Below are positions 22,801-36,119 of a stretch of 64,000 nt of DNA, one piece after another (positions within the stretch are counted from its first letter, which is position 1; each line of letters opens with the position of its first letter). Location: contig CM120644.1 of the NCBI GenBank assembly GCA_051362555.1, positions 16,514,534-16,578,533 of the forward strand, given 5' to 3'. A program made the translations under genes and the position numbers. The notes under the pieces were generated by a model, which searched no databases, was not told where the DNA came from, and saw only the letters and a program-made list of their open reading frames with translations. This DNA is from Lingula anatina (lineage: Eukaryota > Animalia > Brachiopoda).

Positions 22801-25800
22801 TCACCCGTAAAGGTAAAAAATAAAAACAGTAAAAGTTGAAACAGTCATTACAACAAGGCAGTTCTATAAAGAACTATGAGAGACTAAAAACTAATTTCAG
22901 TTTATATACATAAAATCTCTTTTTAATTCTAAGAAAAGGCAGGCTTTGGCACTGCTAAAAATCATTTTCGGATCGTCAATCAAAAGTATCAGAGTCACGT
23001 ATATAGCGTACCGCAGTACAATCATGGTTTTATTTATATGAGGGAAAAATACATTTGCACCATTTGCTTTTGTTTAACATTCATGCAAACTCGTCATACC
23101 ACGCAGTTATGAAACACTTGTTAAAAAGCAAGAACGCTGATATGAAAGTAATTTTGATGAGCGCTTAAATAAAATTGACAATATTTGATTTTTACTCAAA
23201 ATGAAAAATTGGATCCGAAATAGCATCATCTGAAACAGGGTACTGATATGGTCAATGAGCGGAGATTTCGGCGTAGCGCTTATTACAGCTGCATTTACAT
23301 GTATTACTTTCAAATATTTCATTCTCTGTTCATTTATCGCTAAATCACTCCATGGCTTGTCATGACACCTGTAGGTAAGACCACATGTCGAATCGCTTGC
23401 CTAGGTCTCATAAAGCCTAAACCCAAAGTACGCATTGGCCTTTTTTACATTGGCCATTATGCAATTTGTTTGCATTATGCATTTCTGAATGTGAATGAAA
23501 GCATGGTGTTGGCAGTCACAGGTCGCAGACCCGATATTTATTGGGAATTATTTGTATACCCAAGCTTCGTGGTGGACTATGTTATTGACATACCCTTTGG
23601 TGCTGGTGCCGCTGGTTTTGCGGGAGCCGGTTTGACGGCAGGTGGCGCTGGCGCTGCTGGTTTTGCTGCTGCTGGCTTAGCTCCAGCCGCTAATGTACAA
23701 ATGTGATTGATAAGTAAGACTTGAAAACATTTCATAGACTACTATACATGCATAAAACGCTATACATGCGATAACATTATTCAGAATAGAACACTACATA
23801 CGAACGACTAAATATCTTTGTAAAAGAAGAGTGATTAAATAGGAAACTGTTAAAATCGCGTTTATTAAAGCATTTATATCATTGTTAGTTCAAACATGGG
23901 GAAAAGATAATGGTTCGTGCATTATATGAAAAATTCATTTGAGAATGCGATAGCGCGATTAAATTATAACTGTTATTAGAATTTAAAAAGAAACATTGAT
24001 ATATATGTATATATGTGAATAAATATATTGTGCTTCCTATTCTATGCATTGCTTACTATGGTGATTATAAATCAGCCTTGAGAGACAGTTAAGAATTATG
24101 ATGATACATGACAACTGTGAGTCGAAACAATGCTCAGCTTTTGTCACATTTTTTTTTCTTTTAATCTTTGTGGTTATCTAATCTCTACCATGGCGTACAA
24201 GTTATCCACTGTTCATAACAAAACGCACGCAAGAAAAGCGTATAAATAATGACATTGATAAACAAGGCGAAATTAAGTTGATATTGTTAAGGAATTAAAA
24301 TATTTCATATACACGTATAATCCAGATAATTACGAATGAATGAATGAAACCACTGATTAATCGCTTGTTTCAATGATCACCATTTTATAAAGATAGTGAT
24401 CATTATTTACTCCGCTCCATGTCGCTTCCGTGATGCATTTGTTTACACTTACGCTTAGTGCATTAAGTCTATATTGGATTTTCGTTACAGAAAATATATT
24501 TATAATGCCACAGGAAAGCTATCCGGATTTTTAAATTGCATCCCTTCTAATTGTAAGTATAAGCAAATGGTATAAAATAAGTTTGGAAATGGTAAATATA
24601 TTGCCCAAAAATGTTGTTTTTTTACGTTTTAAAAAGATCAATACTCATCCAAAGTGTTAGTAAAAACTATACTGTGACAGAAAAACGAAAAACACATATT
24701 GTTATTCACGATCATCCAAGCTGCAATTTAGTTCCATAGCCAGTAAATACAGATGAAAAATTAAAGTAAACGTTTACCATGTATGACTACAAGTACAACG
24801 TATAGCATGGCCGTCTTAACCACGCAATACAGGTAACGAGAAGCAAATAAGACGAAAAAATGTTGTTTTTTTTTTTTTTTTTTTGTTTTTTTGTTTTTTT
24901 GTTTTGGGAAACAAATTTCATGCCTCGGGTACTAAATCACGAGTGCAAATACGGGATGCGCAACTAGGCGCTAGACAAATCTTGCTATTAGGCATTTATA
25001 GTTATTTTGATGGATATGTCTCAAATGCAGTATTAGAGTAATACCATATCGTACCTGCACCGCTCTTCGATGGGCCAGATTTGATGAGGAGGGTCTTTCC
25101 GCTACCTGCCTTTCCTCCACCAGCGGCGTTGGGAGGATAATTGACTGCATATGCTGTTGGGAAAAAAACGAGCACTTTGTTATATGGTATCCATTATGTG
25201 AGAAATTGGAGAATTTTCTCCTCAAAAATTAAATAAATAAATAAACCGAATCGCGTCTGTCGATGCAGAAAGTTCTCTTAGGTAGATGAGCCCTGGATTA
25301 AATCTTTATTTTTGGTTAAATGTACAGGTTCTTTCATGAGGGTAGATACTATGGTATTTATGATTCTCGTCACTAAAACGTTGACTAAGTAAAGATGTCT
25401 GTATAAATGTTTGAACTAATGAGAAAGGAAAAGTTCACATTCATTGTCTTAAGAGTAAATTTAGATACCTTGAAAAACATGTTTAAGATCTGCTTTCTTT
25501 GTGTATTGCCTGATACCGATTGCTTAGCTTATACCTTAAAAATTGTAATTATCGTTAAAACAACGACTGGAGTGTTTTCGTCATCCAAATTAAGTAAATT
25601 CAGCATTTTAATTATATCGCAACATAGGTATTTGGTACCAAAAGACAATATCTTGTCCAGTTAACCCCAAAAAAACGACAAGTTATGCAATTTTCCCAAA
25701 TTTTCCCAAATTTACCAATGTTTATTTTAACTGGTAAGTCAGAATCAGGAGAACAAAAATGTATTACATTTCTTTTATAAAAATGTGGCCAGACAGAACG

Positions 25801-27166
25801 GTAACTAATGAGGCAATTAAGCTTAAGAATTACTAAGATAAATAAAATGCTTTTGGATAAACAACAGATGATGAGTTTTTAATTTTTTTCTTTTAATCGT
25901 AGTAGGCCTATGACCTGCCACTTGTTCATCCAATCATGATGACACTGAATTTCTGTTAAAAAGTGGACATAGAAAAACATGACTTTAAAAAAGAGGAAGA
26001 AGAAATTGTCGAATGATCGTGATGATATGGTTTACGTGTTAATACGCCTACTTAGTACCATGAAAATATGTTGTACGACCTTACAATTAAATCACAGGCA
26101 ATGCATCAGTGCCGTAACTAGATCATCGTTAATGGTACCAAGACACACAGTGTTAAGGTGTATATCTTAATGGCGCGATAGCATGCGAAACGGTCATCTG
26201 GCTCGTTTCTTATTTGCTTTAATTTATTTCAAGAGCACATATGACGACTTAAGTTTGCATTCAGTTTTTAAGTAGTAAAATCTCACCTCTACAGATTCAC
26301 CAAGGAATTTAAAATCCACATTAAGCGTTTTTGGTCACAAGACCAGACACTCAATTAAATAAAGGTGCTACTGTACCTGCTAAATGATTACATTGTCTTA
26401 AATTTGTCGCCATTTGCAGCCATTTCATCGCTCTTGTACAGGAAACGAATTTTTATTACTTAAACTTGTACTATGACGAATTAAATCTAAATCAAATCTA
26501 CGAATCGTGAAGAATAATCAGCCATACACGGCCTTTATCACTGAAAATATATCTAACTTTAATATCATATACAACTTCGCCTCTTTTTACATATCCTTAT
26601 CTTTCAATGTCACCTTGTGTAGATCGTTCAGCTACACGAATTTAATTCTTTTATCTCTGTGTAGAAGATCAGCTTCACAATACCAATAATTATGCTAAGA
26701 AAAGATAATTCTTGGTATACCCATCACCAAAAAATCTCTATTCGCGATTTAGTATGTTGGTAACAGTGTTTAACATTTGAGTATAAACATGCAAATGTGG
26801 CATGTTTCAGTCATCTAAAGCTGGTGAAACACAGACCTTACGTTGTTTAAAAAAGTAAGAAATCTCCATTGCCTTTTATATGCATTTTAAAGATAAAACA
26901 TACAGCGTGTTTGTAGTAAATTGATATAACATTTTGGTAAATAAATAAATAAATAGATAAATAAAGACAAAACGTAATAGATAAATAGATAATCTAGTGC
27001 GCCCCCTTACCATCCAGTGCACTACTGCGTGCTTTAAAGTGACCATGGTCAATATTAAGTGGGAAATTCACAAATAAGCAGAAGAAGAACTTAAGATAAA
27101 GCACCTACCGTCTAAAGCAAATAACACTGCTACGAATACTGCGATAATGATGCTGTTTACGTGCAT
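19889..27166 (-). CDS. 8-exon secreted protein (295 aa): signal peptide + K/A/P-rich + E/N acidic tract + three-finger (Ly6/uPAR, quiver-like) domain; exons 27166-27109, 25153-25055, 23689-23594, 22695-22633, 22473-22312, 21200-21138, 20541-20407, 20100-19889
   Basis: All seven introns are GT-AG and phase 1. Internal exons are 99, 96, 63, 162, 63 and 135 nt (all multiples of 3); total 888 nt with no internal stop. N-terminus MHVNSIIIAVFVAVLFALDAYA; C-terminal domain has 10 Cys (CFSC...C...C...C...RGC...GC...CFCNTGGCN). Confidence 0.85.
21203..21270. repeat. (GAAAGT/GAAAAGT)n tandem repeat forming the pyrimidine-rich tract of a minus-strand acceptor
   Basis: Direct reading; abuts the acceptor AG at 21201-21202. 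Confidence 0.8.
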
Positions 27167-30069
27167 CGTGGACGGTCGGCCTTCAGGATGAGCAATTTGT
27201 TCAAGTTGAATAAAACAGCGTTGTCTCCCTGACCCCGTGAAACTCCTGTTTCAGTTCTGCTGGCGTCGTTGCTGACGGTGTAAATGAGCCGGAACGGAAA
27301 AAAACAGAAAACTAATACTGTTTGGTAGGCTGTTATTGGTTCTTAGGACGGATGAGTAGAAGCTAATGTAAAGATTATGAGTGGCGAAATTTATATCACG
27401 GCGCGGAAAGGACATGGCCTTGAAAAATATTCCGAATAAGGTCACTTGATGAGATGTCAAAGTGCGGGTGATTTGGTAGAAAAATTGTCACAAGTAACAA
27501 TGCTTTTGGGCTCTGTTGCCCATTCATCTTAGCATTGAGTGACAGTCGACTTTGGGAATAAATGCCAGGGTTACAGAAAAGTCTGTCTGATAGATTTAAG
27601 GAAGTAGAAAACATTACATGGAAGCCACATTTGTCAGCTTTCTCACTTTTTATTTTATCTGTTAGCCAATTTTAGGCAATTGTTGTCATAAATCTTGAAC
27701 GCAGTAGACATACATAACGCAATCCACATCCACCAAAGTTTTTTTTTCAAATACAGGTCAGACGCTGTCAGATCTAGGTAAATTGATAACTAGCAGTGCA
27801 AATACTGTTGTAAAAGAATGGGAAGTGTTGTCACCAGAATACACACCACTCTTAGTGCATTATGACAAAATGTTGAGGAATGTGACCAGGGGCACGTGTA
27901 CCATGTGCGACGATCGCCCTGATAAGAACAGCAGAAAACACGTCAAACTATGTCATAACGAGTAAATCATAATGCCAAATATGAGACAAATGATGCATTT
28001 AAACGCAGGGACCTTTCTTTTAAAAAAAAGCGCTGCCTGTGGCAAGTACAGGTCCCCCCCCCCTCCTCCTTCAAACATCTCATGAATATTTTTAATGGCA
28101 GCACCATAAAATCGTCTCAAAAATAAAAATATATAAGTAAGTTTCGGGAATTTTATAATTAAAGAAACCACGTCACCACATAGAAATTACACTTTTTAAA
28201 GCCGTCTCAAAAATAAAAATATAAGCAAGTTTCGGCAATCTTATAATTGAAGAAACAACATAGAAATTACACTTGTTAAAAGTTCAACAGAACCATCACC
28301 TCGGTATCCCTTTCAAGTGATGTCCCTGACATAGGGAACCTGGTACATGTACCTCACCTACCCTAGATAGTCGTACTTCCATTTTTGAAACGAGCTTCTT
28401 GGCAGTTCATGGTCAACAGTTAGTCAGAACGATAATTTTTGGGTGAGATTAAAAGGAAGGGAAGTCGTACATGTTTACACGACAGTCTTCGGTCAGTAAG
28501 GACAATTTTGTTTGGGTATTTATTTCTTCAGTTCGCACGATTTTATTCCCGCCTAAGGTCACTAGGTGGAAAACATTTTTTAAGAATTAAAGTTTATAGC
28601 AAGTTCACACAGTTCTTGTTTTTCTGTGTGTATCAAATACAAAACCGTGTTTAGCTCTAAAGTCCCTTAAACAACATAAGTTATCAAAAGTCGAGGGGTA
28701 TTCGTGTAATTTAAACGCAACTGAAATATAAGACTAAAATTAATTATTATCTCCCATGGGTAATTTTATAGAAAATGCATATAAATTAATTTGATAACCC
28801 CTTCCGGAGATACCTGAAGTGTACTCCCAATCATGGGATTTTATACTTTGATAATAGCAACTTATGAAATACTATTTGCTGCAAGTGGCATAATCAATTC
28901 TTACAGCGTGCAACTGACGGATAGCCCCTGTACGGTTTCCAAAACAACGGGTTCTCTTGCTCATCATGAAGTCAACAATTTCAAAGCAGCAATTAAGAGT
29001 GAGTCTTGAAAAACTGCGGCTTGTCCGTTACCCAATACCATATTACCTTTATATCCCTGAAAAAGATTTTGCACCTTGCTATTGCAAATTATAGAAAAAA
29101 AGGAAAATACGAGCATATTCACGGTCTCAGTTACAAGTATTGGAATTGCAGTGTGAAGGAAAAGCGTCAGTTCTACAAAATTGATTTGTGACAGGCGTGA
29201 AAGAAGAAACAGCTCTTTCACAAAAATTCTTTCGTTATTTAACAGGCGTGAATTGAAAATTTTTTCATGTTGTCTTTGTCACTAACGCGGAAACTCCTAA
29301 ATGCGTCAATTTTTCACTTGAATGTTTGAAAGCTAGTCGTGGAATGGACGACTTGAGTTAGGTTTATAACTACATCGCTGATTTTTTAATGCAAAATGCA
29401 TCAAAAATGCATCAGTCTTTTTATTGTCATGGAATACGATAAGGATTGCTTTTTTTTTCTCTCTGAGCACTCGCTACGAAGTCTATGGTGTCTGGAGAAG
29501 AAGGAAATTTTCTCCCCAAAAGGCAATGCATAAAAGCTGCTGGCGTTGTGCCATACAAATCAATGTATTTTCCGTTGCGCAGTTTCTTTGGTGTGAATGG
29601 GTAGAAACTTTGGTGGAAAATAACTAGGAACAGACTGGCGTTTTACTTTGCCTATTGCAAGATGCACAGATGAAAATAGGCTTTGTTAATCCTTTTTTTG
29701 TTGATTATCGAATTTTCACTTTGAAACCAGTGGTTCTTCACTTTCAAATGATGCGGTTCTTCCGAAACGCTTTTTTCTGTTGATAAAGAAAGCAACTTAA
29801 AGAGGCAATTATCGGTTTGTATCAACGTAAGTCTTCTCGCTTTACTCTGTCCGAAAAACGGCCACATATTTCTTGGCAAGTCATTTTCCTGAAATGTTAA
29901 CTCACGTGTAAACGGCGCCTCTCCGTCTTGATCAAAGGAGAAGACCTGTTAACAGGTCTGACATAGATAAATTACTGGGAAGGTGAAACTAAGGTTGGTT
30001 TATGTAAGCTTAAAGCAAACTTCTGTTGGTCTTACAAAACATTTGACTCATAGGGTCTTGCGGCTCACT

Positions 30070-30112
<43 letters not shown>

Positions 30113-31628
30113 GAAATAGATTACTGAATTGTAAGTTTATAGGTGAAAACTAGTGAGGTTAAATTTTGCTGAAATGTTTTCCTGGCTCCTCTCTGAAGAA
30201 ATGCGGTTTATCTGTTTTCTGGGAAAATTAAAAAAACGCAAAAAGTAACCTTTTGCTGAATTTAAAATCCACGTAGCCTATGTTTTAAAATATCGTGAGA
30301 TATCTAGAGTCAAATGTTAGCAATTCAACGTATTTTTCGGCATTTCTGAAGCGTATAATATACAGATGGACCAAGGCATACTGGAGAAGATAATAACCGG
30401 TGGTAAATTTTTATTGAAATTTTACTATGAAAATATATCTGATAATTGTATCAACTTTTCAAAGTACGCATTATTTCCTCATTTGAAAAAAAACTGTACG
30501 AGACAAGCATCCTTCAACTGTGATTGATAAAGTGAAAACATTGTTGCTTGTATTCCCACCGTTACTAAACGAACACACAGAGAAAAAATGACCTGCATGT
30601 TGCATCATTTAAAACGCCTACATTTATTTGTGCTCTGCACAACAAGGCTTTTCCCATGACCAGCCTAGCATTAATCTGTGACCGTACAACTGACGTAACT
30701 ACAAACTCGATTGCATGGCTATCCCCATCGTTTCATTGTGTTGTCTAGCATGTCATATGAAAGTTATGAAATCTCTAGTCTCTCAGGATTTCATATTTTT
30801 ACATGACATGCCAGACAACACGTGGAAGGTGACGGAAATGTATTTTAAAAGGTTTGAACATTAGAATGTAACCTGGGGTTATCACACCTGAGGTACAATC
30901 CATTTGGGATCTCTGTACGTATGAATGATCCCAAAGAGGTCCAAAGCCCCTGGGTTTGCGACCGCTTGTAAGACGAATTTCTGTCTACTACCACCGCTTT
31001 AAAAGTGGACTCTTCTTTTTGCTATTTGGAAAGGAGTGCACATTTTTAAGTACACACTCTTTAAACAGACTTTCCACATTTGGCTGATTAAACGTGTAAT
31101 TGATGGACATGTTTTTGTTGATGCATACAGTACAACCAAACCTTCCATCAGGTCTAATGAAGTTGGGACGTGTATAGAAAATAAACGTTTAAAAATAACA
31201 CCACAGAGAACATTACTCATTAATTCGTCTTTTTGATGATTTGCGTGGAAGTAAAATAGAAGTATACTGTATATAACAATGAAGTTGCATCCAGATTTAT
31301 TCTTTTGTATTCATCTCCAATTCTTTTTTTCATCACAAGAAACAACAACGGCGGTTTTATTCGACCTCAGGACGTTCGTGCCCAAAACTTAATAATTAAT
31401 CATAATCATTTCGGAAAGGGTCAAATTTTCACGATGTAAAAGTATCTTCAAATAGGTACTTTGTGCCAAACAAAACGCATAATATCCACTTTGATTCATC
31501 ATACATAGGCATTAAAAGTAAAACAGGCTTATTAACGGCTTTTAACGGATTCTGCTAATTAAATCAACTACTTGCAAGCTGTGCGGTTTTATGTTTCTGT
31601 TCGTAGAGAAGCACACGAAAAAGAAAAG

Positions 31629-33304
31629 ATGGAGCTGGCACGCACTCGCAGATTTTTAACATCATGTATCATGATCTTTTCCTGCATCAACAAAGGTCCG
31701 GCTACGGCCATTCTCGTGACCAGCTCACCAACAGCGGTTGCCACGCAGCAGCCTGCAACAACTGACCATGTCCATCTCCTTCTCCAAGTCCAGAACTACC
31801 TCCTCCAACTGCAGTCCACTGCTGCCGACCACAAACAGCTTCTGATGACCGTCAAGGACAAAATAAACGACCTTAAGACCACCGACGAGTACCTGAGACA
31901 AAACCTGACCCAGCAAGGGCAAACCATCAATCTTCAGTCCCGAAAGCAGCAAGAAAAGCTCGATGATGTCAAACAGAAAACTGTAAACATAACAGAAATT
32001 TTGAAAGATCTGGAGACAGCTATAAGTGAATTGCAGAATGGAACAATCAAGCAACGAATAATTACACAAACAATTGAAAAAGAGTTGTCCTTTTTATCCA
32101 ACAATTTGACCAGTTTTCAAACAGTTCTCGAAGGACAGGTTCAACAAACGAATCGACAGGAAGCGCAGATGAAAATCATGGAACTTGCTCTTCAGCATCA
32201 GCTGGCGTTGTTTACAAAACTGGAGGAAAAGGGTGCCATTTTGACGTCTGCTGTTAATAACTTGACAGACGCTGGCGTGTGTAAGTTCAGCGTTTCTTAT
32301 GTTATAATATGACTGCCTCATCCTATTCTTCTCTGCGTGTTCATGGCATAAAAATTAGTTCGCGTGTTAGTTGAGCGTTTCTTATCTTATAATATGAATG
32401 TCTCTTCACATTCTTCTTTTATTTCTTTCCATGACATAAGCATCAGCTGATAACAGATGATAATCATACAATTTATAAAATTGTTTGTCGAGATTTCAAA
32501 TGTTCTGCAATGTCATAGTGACATATCAAGTGTACCACGTCGACCAAACAACCCTAAAAGCATATACATGGCAAACGCGCTCTTGATAAACAAAGAACAA
32601 TACATTCTGAGTAAACGATGGCTTTTTTCTAAATCATCAATTGTGTATTTATTCATATATTTTGATGTTTCTCTTTTACTCAGGCGCAATTTGAAAAAAA
32701 AAAACAACTTAATACATAGTAGATTTATTCATCTAATTAATTTGTTTTGTTTTTTTCTTTTCAGTTGGATTTACCAGGTATGGAACGTCATTATATCGGC
32801 TGGTCAATGTGGCTGCAACGTGGGCTGAAGCAGAGATCTACTGTCAGTTGCTACATCCCGAGGCCCACCTTGCCACTGTGGAGAGCCAGAGCGAAAATAA
32901 ATTTATACTGGGTCTCATCAAGAAGTACACCACGGTACCAAGTATGCATTTTTAAGCTGTGTTTGAAACAACGATACATAGATAATTCACAGTTTTCTAA
33001 TAGATGAACAAATAGTATCAGGCATCAACAAACCATGTTAGAGATATCTGCTAAAACTATTTGATTTGTGTCAATTTTCTTTGCAGGTCGTACGTGGCTG
33101 GGTGGACACGATAAGGTCACCGAAGGTCAGTGGAAATGGTGGAATGGGAAGTCATTCACATACACTAACTGGAGTCCAGGCCAACCTGATAACTATCAAA
33201 CAGGGGAGGACTGTTTAAACATATGGGAAACCGGTGTTTGGAACGATCTTCCATGCGACGCTAAGAATGCTTTTGTTTGTGAGATACACTCTATCTACTT
33301 GTAG
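31629..33304 (+). CDS. Coiled-coil-neck C-type lectin 1 (348 aa; QPD/WND); exons 31629-32280, 32765-32941, 33087-33304
   Basis: Phase-1 GT-AG introns give FGFTRYGTSLYRLVNVAATWAEAEIYCQLLHPEAHLATVESQSENKFI and RTWLGGHD...WKWWNG...YTNWSPGQPDN...EDCL...WNDLPCD...FVCE, a short-form CTLD with 4 Cys. Exon 1 encodes a putative signal peptide and a long heptad neck. Confidence 0.9.
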
Positions 33305-35284
33305 CTTAAGCTGCAACTCATATTTATACTGTAGCTGAAAATAGGAGATTGTGAACTTGATGTTGTTTATAATTGTTTAAGAAGATTTTTGATTTTTACA
33401 TTAGTTACGAATTGTAAAGTGAGTGTCCTCAAGTTTATAATATGTATTGTTGACAGAGGTCTAAAAAGTTAAAGGAGCTTTTTTTCTTTTTGCAATGGCT
33501 ATGTTTAAAAAGCAGTCTATTTCGGTTGATTTTACCCCAGTAAAACAAGTAATAGTAACAACAAATAACACTATAATTGCTTTTTTTTTCATTTGTGACT
33601 AATCAGACCCGTTATCAACACAAGATCTGCCTTAGACTTCAGATATTTCTTAAAGTTTCATGTAGCCTGTAGTGCATTTCATATACTAATAGGAACAACT
33701 AAAACAGGACACGTGCACGTAAAAGACGCATTCAAAGGTTAATTTTTACACTCTACCAAGGTCACAGATCGATTCTCACTAGACATTCACAGTATATATC
33801 TCTTGTTACTTTATGACAAGAAAACCTGCGCTCTGGAAAAAAGTGGTAAAGAGTAGCCGTTTTCACCATCTCTGGAGGGAAGAGTATGCAGACATAGTGT
33901 ATTAGTTTTAATGAGCAATAATCATTTATAAGAAATTTTGGTTTTTTTATAATTATCATTAAAACCAGTACCATTCACGCATTTAGTTGTTTCTTTTATC
34001 GTTTTCATCCTGTTGTCAAGGATATCGTGTTAAAGTTGTGAAATCCTCAGTCACTCAGGATTTCATAACTTTTATATAACATGCTAGACAACAAGATAAA
34101 GGCGACGACTAAGAGAAATACCTTAAAGTACGTGCATTAATGTTTAAGGATTAGAATGTAACCTGGAATTGTCATATCTGCGGTATGATTCACGGGGATC
34201 ACTGTATGAGGTCAAGAGTGACCCTATATCACTGATCCCAGAAAATGTCCTAAGCCCCTGGGTTTGCGACCGCTAGGAAGACGGATTTTGGCCCACTTTC
34301 ACCGCCTTTAAAGTTGGACTTTGGCATTATTTCATAGTCAACATAAAATGCATAAATCAGTGTTGAAAAATTTTGCAGCAATTTTTTGAAATACTTTAAA
34401 AGATTGGGCCGAAATCCGTATGCCGATGTAACATGAACATTTACGAAACAATTCGGAAAGGAAAAAGAAATGCCAGTAAAATTAGAAGGGTCTGTACAGA
34501 GACAATCTTAAACATGGGCGCTGTTCGCGTACAAATTGATTGAGAACTTTAATCACCTAAACGGTAGCATTTGACGCCACAATTTGATTGAATTTTTTCT
34601 GGTTCATGCTTGGGTCTGTTTGATATCATGTACGTGTATGTTCAGTTTGTCGTTTGGTTCTAGCCCGACAAACATGCCGCGTTTCTTTTTGCTATTAGGA
34701 AAGGAGAGCACATTTTAAAGTGCATATTATTTAAACAGAGGTTCCACATTTGGCTGATTTAATATTTAATTGATCGACATGTTTTTGTTAATGAAAGCAG
34801 TACAGCTAAACTTCCCATCAGGTCTAATGAAGTTGGGACGTGTATAGAAAATAAACGTTTAAAAATAACACCATAGAGAACATTACTCATTAATTCGACA
34901 TTTTGATGATTTGCGTGGAAGTAAAATACAAATATACCACATATAACAATAAAGTTATTTTGTTCATTTGTATTCATCTCCAAGTCTTTTATTCATCGCA
35001 AGCAACAACAACGGCGTTTTTATTCGACCTCAGGACGTTCGTGCCCAACATTTAATCATTAACCATAATTATTGCGGAACGGGACAAATTTTCAAAATAT
35101 GTCAAAATAAGTACTTTGTGCCAAACAAAACGCATAATATCCACTTTGATTCATCATACATAGGCTTTAAATGTAAAACAGGCTCATTAAGAACTTTTGA
35201 CTGATTCTGCTGATAAAGTCAACAACGCGAAGGTTCTGCAGTTTTATAAGTTTCGGTGCGTACAGAAAAGCACACGGAAAAAAG

Positions 35285-35552
35285 ATGGAGCTGGCAAACA
35301 CGTGCAGATTTTTAACATCATGTATCATGATCTTGATTTGCATCACCAAAGGTCCGGCAACGGCTATACCCATAACCAGCTCACAAACAGCGGTCACAAA
35401 GCAGCAGCCTACAACAACTGACCATGTCCATCTCTCCAAGTCCAGAACTACCTCCTCCAGTTACAGTCCACGGCAGCTTCTGATGACCGTTAGGGACAAG
35501 ATAAACGACCTAAAGGCCACCGACGAGTACCTGACAAAACCTGACCCAGCAG
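35285..35552 (+). pseudogene. Truncated, frameshifted C-type lectin 2 (exon 1 fragment only)
   Basis: MELANTCRFLTSCIM... parallels lectin 1 and shares its upstream region. Small deletions shift the frame, homology stops after CTGACCCAGCA, and no CTLD exons follow. Confidence 0.85.
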
Positions 35553-36119
35553 GTGCTCAATTTGAATTGAAATTTGTGCTTTTTTGTATTGATTTCTATA
35601 GTGACTCCTCCACGCTCGAGTGAATAAACAAATATTTCCCCTGATCGTTTACCAGTTAAACACCATCCCGTGTAGGTCCTAGCAGTTTTTAGCGCGAGTC
35701 TTAGTCGTTAATATCCTACTAAACATCCAGTTAAGACAGTAAACTGTTCATAAGTTTGATAGTTTCAACACACAGCTAAACTACTGTACACAAGCTGAAA
35801 AATCCCTACCAAAGAAAATCGCACAAGCCACCCATGAAAAGGGATCATCCGATGGGAGGAGGGGGGCGGCCCGCTCAGAATTAATAGCATCTACTAACAT
35901 CAGTGCGATGAAAGTCTCTGACTATGTTCTTAGTCGGGCAAAAGCTATCAAATGGCAGGTCTTCTATGTCAAGAGCTGACAGTAATGTTTTTTTAAATAA
36001 TAAAAAGACGTGAATTTTTTTTTTTACTGAATTTAAAACGGAACCATACACTAAAATATCGGGAGGTCGGCAATTTGGTGCTTTATTTTGCTACTTCTAG
36101 AACGTTTAATTTCCGGAAT

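Noticed and set aside
23362-23706. Plus-strand Gly/Ala-rich ORF (GAGAAGFAGAG, silk-like)
   Set aside because: Antisense shadow of the Lys/Ala/Pro exon of the minus-strand gene, which has proper splice sites.
24778-24786. Possible 9-nt phase 1-1 microexon (TTGTAG|TCATACATG|GTAAAC, minus strand) in the secreted LU gene
   Set aside because: Frame-compatible but too short to distinguish from chance without transcript data.
28880-29950. Minus-strand ORF fragments that might be a decayed transposase or gene
   Set aside because: No recognisable motif or termini.
32457-33007. ORFs of 123 and 86 aa, repeated at 38411-38954 and 42735-42941
   Set aside because: Intron or wrong-frame readings of lectin exon 2; they recur only because the DNA is duplicated.
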